From IMG/VR virus record IMGVR_UViG_3300037067_003427, positions 5,505-69,504 of that record: a stretch of 64,000 bases of DNA. One strand, given 5' to 3'. The notes under the pieces are model-generated. The model saw only the letters and a list, made by a program, of their open reading frames with translations, was not told the origin of the DNA and did not search any database. Every line of letters begins with the position of its first letter. Within the stretch, counting starts at the first letter, position 1. The stretch comes from a virus. Its lineage: Duplodnaviria; Caudoviricetes. The position numbers and the translations under genes are program-made. Positions 60,632 through 64,000 of this stretch are shown here, one piece after another.

Positions 60632-61171
60632 CTAAAACCATAGGATTTGGGGCCTACCAATCGAATAAACTATTGTCAGGGTTCGTGCATAAGTAGCGAT
60701 GGCATCGGAACAATAGTAATTAGCTGCTCCGCTAGAACTTCCATTATCCTTTATAACAAACTGCATATTACCTTTATTCCAACCCGCCCTCGTAATTATT
60801 TCCTCTACGATATTTTTTACATTTAGATTCTTAGTGCCTGTTGTAGTAATAGAAGGGTCGATAGATGCGGTTGTGAGAGTTAATGCTGCTCCCTCTGCTT
60901 TGCTTGTTGGTGCGGTTGCTGAATCAACATCATTTCCATATAATATGGATACAGGCGTCCCGTAGCTCTCTGCGACAACAATGGTCAATGTTGCACTACT
61001 AATACTTGCTCCCTTGGGCACAGTGACACTTGTAAATAATAACGAGGAATCCTGAGCCCACGTAGTGCTATTTTTACCCACGTAGGTTCCGTCAGATCCA
61101 AAATTAGTATTAGATAGCCACCAGTGAAAGGCATTTGCAGCGGAAGTTATTGTTTGTGAAAAGGTTGGCAT
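60632..61171 (-). CDS. Putative glycan-binding tail protein
   Basis: VPKGASISSATLTI...; homologous by eye to the N-terminal domain of 51325-53007. Confidence 0.55.
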   Translation of the reverse strand: MPTFSQTITSAANAFHWWLSNTNFGSDGTYVGKNSTTWAQDSSLLFTSVTVPKGASISSATLTIVVAESYGTPVSILYGNDVDSATAPTSKAEGAALTLTTASIDPSITTTGTKNLNVKNIVEEIITRAGWNKGNMQFVIKDNGSSSGAANYYCSDAIATYARTLTIVYSIGRPQILWF

Positions 61172-61294
61172 TTATTTTCTCCTACGGTGTCACAAGAATC
61201 ATTGAAACAGTAAGATCAGAAGCGTCACCTGCACCGCCCTTGTGGGCTGTGAGTTCAATTACTTCTCCCATGTTCATGTTATTCATATATTGCC

Positions 61295-61960
61295 CTATAA
61301 TGAAAATGCCAGTTCTATAATAAGTCCCTTGCCAGCAGTTGTGTGAACATTCGGAACATCAACTCTAATAATTTGTCCAGTTGTTACGTTATCATTATTT
61401 GTATCTATAGTTCCTGGAGTTGCCGAAGTTCTTGTACTCATTTCTGAACCCTCTATTTCCATATTGGCACTTAACATGGCAACCGTACCAGTTCCAGCAG
61501 TCCCTGTATTCGTAAGGGCGATTCCACATGATCCACCGGTTCCACCAGCAGTCATCAACGTTGCGGCAACCCTTACAAGATTAAAGGCATTAAGTTCATC
61601 AGGAACAACAAAATATGCTTTTCCGTTTCCGGTACTTGCATCATCGGTAGGACTTCCAAGTATAATTTGTACAGCACGTACTGGATAACCAGTTCCACTT
61701 GTTCCCGAAGTTCCATGAGAACCTGCTGAACCTGTTGCACCTGCACTTCCGGAAGTTCCCGAAGTTCCATGAGAACCTGCTGAACCTGTTGCACCTGCAC
61801 TTCCGGAAGTTCCCGAAGAGCCAGCAAGTGCTGTCTCCACCCCGTTAGAGTCTTTGAAATAATACTTATTATCTGACTTGGCGTATAACCTTACTGATCC
61901 AACCGGAGGCGTATCAGGAGCATCACCTTCAGTCATTGTTATCTTTGATGCATTTGCCAT
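61295..61960 (-). CDS. Short tail fibre-like protein with a Gly-X-Y Ser/Thr linker
   Basis: GSSGTSGSAGATGSAGSHGTSGTS repeats between N- and C-terminal globular domains. Confidence 0.65.
   Translation of the reverse strand: MANASKITMTEGDAPDTPPVGSVRLYAKSDNKYYFKDSNGVETALAGSSGTSGSAGATGSAGSHGTSGTSGSAGATGSAGSHGTSGTSGTGYPVRAVQIILGSPTDDASTGNGKAYFVVPDELNAFNLVRVAATLMTAGGTGGSCGIALTNTGTAGTGTVAMLSANMEIEGSEMSTRTSATPGTIDTNNDNVTTGQIIRVDVPNVHTTAGKGLIIELAFSL
61701..61818. repeat. Exact 54-nt tandem duplication (about 2.2 copies)
   Basis: Unit gttcccgaagttccatgagaacctgctgaacctgttgcacctgcacttccggaa starts at 61701 and 61755; partial third copy at 61809. Confidence 0.9.
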
Positions 61961-61968
61961 AATTCCTC

Positions 61969-63999
61969 CTAAAGGCTTTCACAACAATATCGTGCAGCCG
62001 TTAATGAAGATTGTGTATTTCTACCTATCGAAATTTTTCTGCTCAATGTACCAGCCTTGTTTGCATCAGTATAATGTCCACCAGCAACCATTTTTGACTC
62101 AGATTGCATATATACACTCCCTCGTTGATCTTCAAGATCGGTAAGTGTAAATGTTGCAGCAGTACTATAATCTCCACCAACAATCATAAATGCTTGATCT
62201 AAAAGCCACTGGTCATATACTCCCACCATATCTTCACAACCTATATTTGATACTATCCTCCCAATATTAGAAACCTCAGTTTTCGGATATCCTGCTGTAC
62301 CAGCTCTTGTATTCGTTCCATCGTGCAAAGTCTCTCCATCCGTAAATCCTGCTGTACCACTTAAATTACGACATAAATATACTGTTGGAGATACTTTATA
62401 TAACACCTGTGCCTGCAAAGTACTTGTGTTTCCATGTACGGGCGCTCCTCCAGGAACAAAATCTCCCGGTGTTGGCGCTCCATCAAGTGTAAGAGTAAAT
62501 AAACATGAATGAGAACCTGTCATATTTCCAAATGGAACGCCACCGTATATTTGACTTTCATCCCACGATCCATCTGCCGCCGATTGAAACTCGCTATCTG
62601 TTAAAAGTCTTTTGCCAACAGAATGACCATCAGAAACAGCGCTAGTCCACCGCCTTGAGGTAGTAATAGTTCCCGCATAACGACTTTCGGTTGCTATTCC
62701 CGTAGATTCTGATAAATAAATATCTATCCAAAGACCCGTATTAGGATCGTAAGTCATACCAGTATTATCTAAACATCTAGCGCGATGAGTTAAATCCCAA
62801 ATGCTATTTGGAATAATATCTTTTGTACTCTTTCCTGACATTCCAATATCAGCAGTAATCCATACCGTTCCTGCATCAGTTACTGATTGTCCAACAACAG
62901 GCCATGAAGGTGCTGCCGTTCCGGTTACTCCTTGATACTGAGCACGATATTTATACAGACTAGTTCCAGCATCACCAAATACACACCAATATCCATGCCA
63001 TACACCAGTTGATGCTTGCCACCCATAGAGTTCTTCGCAACCATAACAAAACGTATGGAACCCACCCAACCTGAAAGAAGGACGAGGAGTCTTATTCCAA
63101 GAAAAAGGACCAGTATAAGTATTAGCAGTTTCGCTGTCTGTACTTACTTTATATTCAATATTACTTCCATTTAAACATGCATAAACATAAAAATCTTCTC
63201 CCTCATATATATTCCCATATGCATCGTAATCATAACTTGTCTCAATATTAATTTCTGTGTCACTAGAAATAGTATAATTTATATTACTAATAGTTATGAC
63301 AAAAGGTCCATTTGTTTCACCTAAAATTTTTATAGTACTTCCACTTGTTCCCGCTCCCAAGATTCTTCTTGATCTATCGGATAAACCAGTCAAATATGAA
63401 CCAATCGCACTCGATGTACCAGACGATCCTGAACTTCCAGAAGTCCCAGTTACTATAGATTCTAAAACAACAATCTCACCACCATCTCCCATGGTTATTG
63501 TCCCACCATTATTTAAATGATCGAATACAGGATACTGTTCACCGTCTCCAATACTAACAGTTCCATTTGTTCCAATATCCCAAAAGATCGTTACGCCAGT
63601 ACTCGTACCTGACTCACCGCTAGACCCTGAACTTCCACTCGTACCACTCGTACCATGGCTACCGTCTGTACCTGAAGTTCCATGACTACCAGCCGAACCA
63701 GTATCTCCCTTTGATCCCGAAGTTCCACTTGTCCCAGAGGTTCCATCTGTTCCACTTGTACCATGACTTCCTGCTGATCCTGTATCACCTTTTGAACCAG
63801 ATGTGCCGGAAGTTCCCGATGAACCCGATGTTCCGTCACTTCCTCTTGACCCCGAACTGCCAGATGTACCGGAAGTTCCATGAGTACCGGCAGAACCCGA
63901 TGTACCAGACGATCCTGAACTTCCACTACTTCCAGAAGTCCCACTAGTCCCACTAGTTCCAGAAGTACCATCAGTACCACTTGTACCAGAGGTTCCATG
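61969..63999 (-). CDS. Tail fibre/receptor-binding protein (5'-partial): Ser/Thr Gly-X-Y region + Mtd-like C-type-lectin-fold C-terminus
   Basis: The frame of the 61969-63492 ORF is open to the window edge; IIPNSIWDL, LWIDIYL, GKRLLTDSEF, GCEDMVG, GG...AARYCCE resemble BPP-1 Mtd-type adhesins. Confidence 0.75.
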   Translation of the reverse strand, partial: HGTSGTSGTDGTSGTSGTSGTSGSSGSSGSSGTSGSAGTHGTSGTSGSSGSRGSDGTSGSSGTSGTSGSKGDTGSAGSHGTSGTDGTSGTSGTSGSKGDTGSAGSHGTSGTDGSHGTSGTSGSSGSSGESGTSTGVTIFWDIGTNGTVSIGDGEQYPVFDHLNNGGTITMGDGGEIVVLESIVTGTSGSSGSSGTSSAIGSYLTGLSDRSRRILGAGTSGSTIKILGETNGPFVITISNINYTISSDTEINIETSYDYDAYGNIYEGEDFYVYACLNGSNIEYKVSTDSETANTYTGPFSWNKTPRPSFRLGGFHTFCYGCEELYGWQASTGVWHGYWCVFGDAGTSLYKYRAQYQGVTGTAAPSWPVVGQSVTDAGTVWITADIGMSGKSTKDIIPNSIWDLTHRARCLDNTGMTYDPNTGLWIDIYLSESTGIATESRYAGTITTSRRWTSAVSDGHSVGKRLLTDSEFQSAADGSWDESQIYGGVPFGNMTGSHSCLFTLTLDGAPTPGDFVPGGAPVHGNTSTLQAQVLYKVSPTVYLCRNLSGTAGFTDGETLHDGTNTRAGTAGYPKTEVSNIGRIVSNIGCEDMVGVYDQWLLDQAFMIVGGDYSTAATFTLTDLEDQRGSVYMQSESKMVAGGHYTDANKAGTLSRKISIGRNTQSSLTAARYCCESL
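63601..63999 (-). repeat. Collagen-like Gly-X-Y run dominated by GTS/GSS (about 44 triplets, truncated by the window edge)
   Basis: Manual translation: HGTSGTSGTDGTSGTSGTSGTSGSSGSSGSSGTSGSAGTHGTS...GESGTS. Confidence 0.9.
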
Positions 64000-64000
64000 C

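Noticed and set aside
61969-62100. Active diversity-generating retroelement
   Set aside because: No reverse transcriptase or template repeat was found in the window.
150-63998. Many antisense or alternate-frame ORFs in the six-frame track (e.g. 812-1042, 3993-4253, 40476-46760 plus-strand set, 63591-63998)
   Set aside because: They are shadows of longer, motif-bearing genes on the opposite strand or frame, with no RBS or family motifs.
1-64000. Alternative genetic code, or an integrated prophage with host flanks
   Set aside because: Conserved genes are full length in the standard code; no integrase, att-like junction or host housekeeping gene is visible.

Overview
The window is a large part of a tailed-phage (podovirus-like) genome. 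No host genes, integrase or DNA polymerase are visible. Layout: (i) 195-10556, minus strand: head and packaging genes (scaffold-like protein, portal, intein-containing TerL) plus an FkbM methyltransferase and an LbH O-acetyltransferase; (ii) about 1.3 kb of non-coding strand-switch region; (iii) 11863-15090, plus strand: short early-type ORFs; (iv) 15083-21174, minus strand: NinG-like and RecU-like nucleases, primase-polymerase/helicase, a small HTH protein, and a Ro60/TROVE gene preceded by three Y-RNA-like modules; (v) 21347-40087, plus strand: HNH, SSB and Cas4-like exonuclease genes interleaved with an NDP-sugar biosynthesis and tailoring set (nucleotidyltransferase, 3,5-epimerase, C-methyltransferase, DegT aminotransferase, GNAT, three radical SAM enzymes); (vi) 40206-64000, minus strand: ejection and tail proteins, a 985-aa multi-domain glycosyltransferase, a lysis cassette with spanins (implying a diderm host) and Ser/Thr-rich Gly-X-Y tail fibres. 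Three observations stand out. First, a phage Ro60 cassette whose first RNA is a CCA-ended tRNA shell in which a circularly permuted Y-RNA module replaces the anticodon arm. Second, a candidate virion O-glycosylation system (sugar pathway + TibC/Aah-like glycosyltransferase + Ser/Thr collagen-like fibre). Third, at least nine identical copies of the 16-bp quasi-palindrome TTCCAGA-TG-TCTGGAA dispersed through coding and non-coding DNA. All family assignments are by visual motif recognition; no database search was run.
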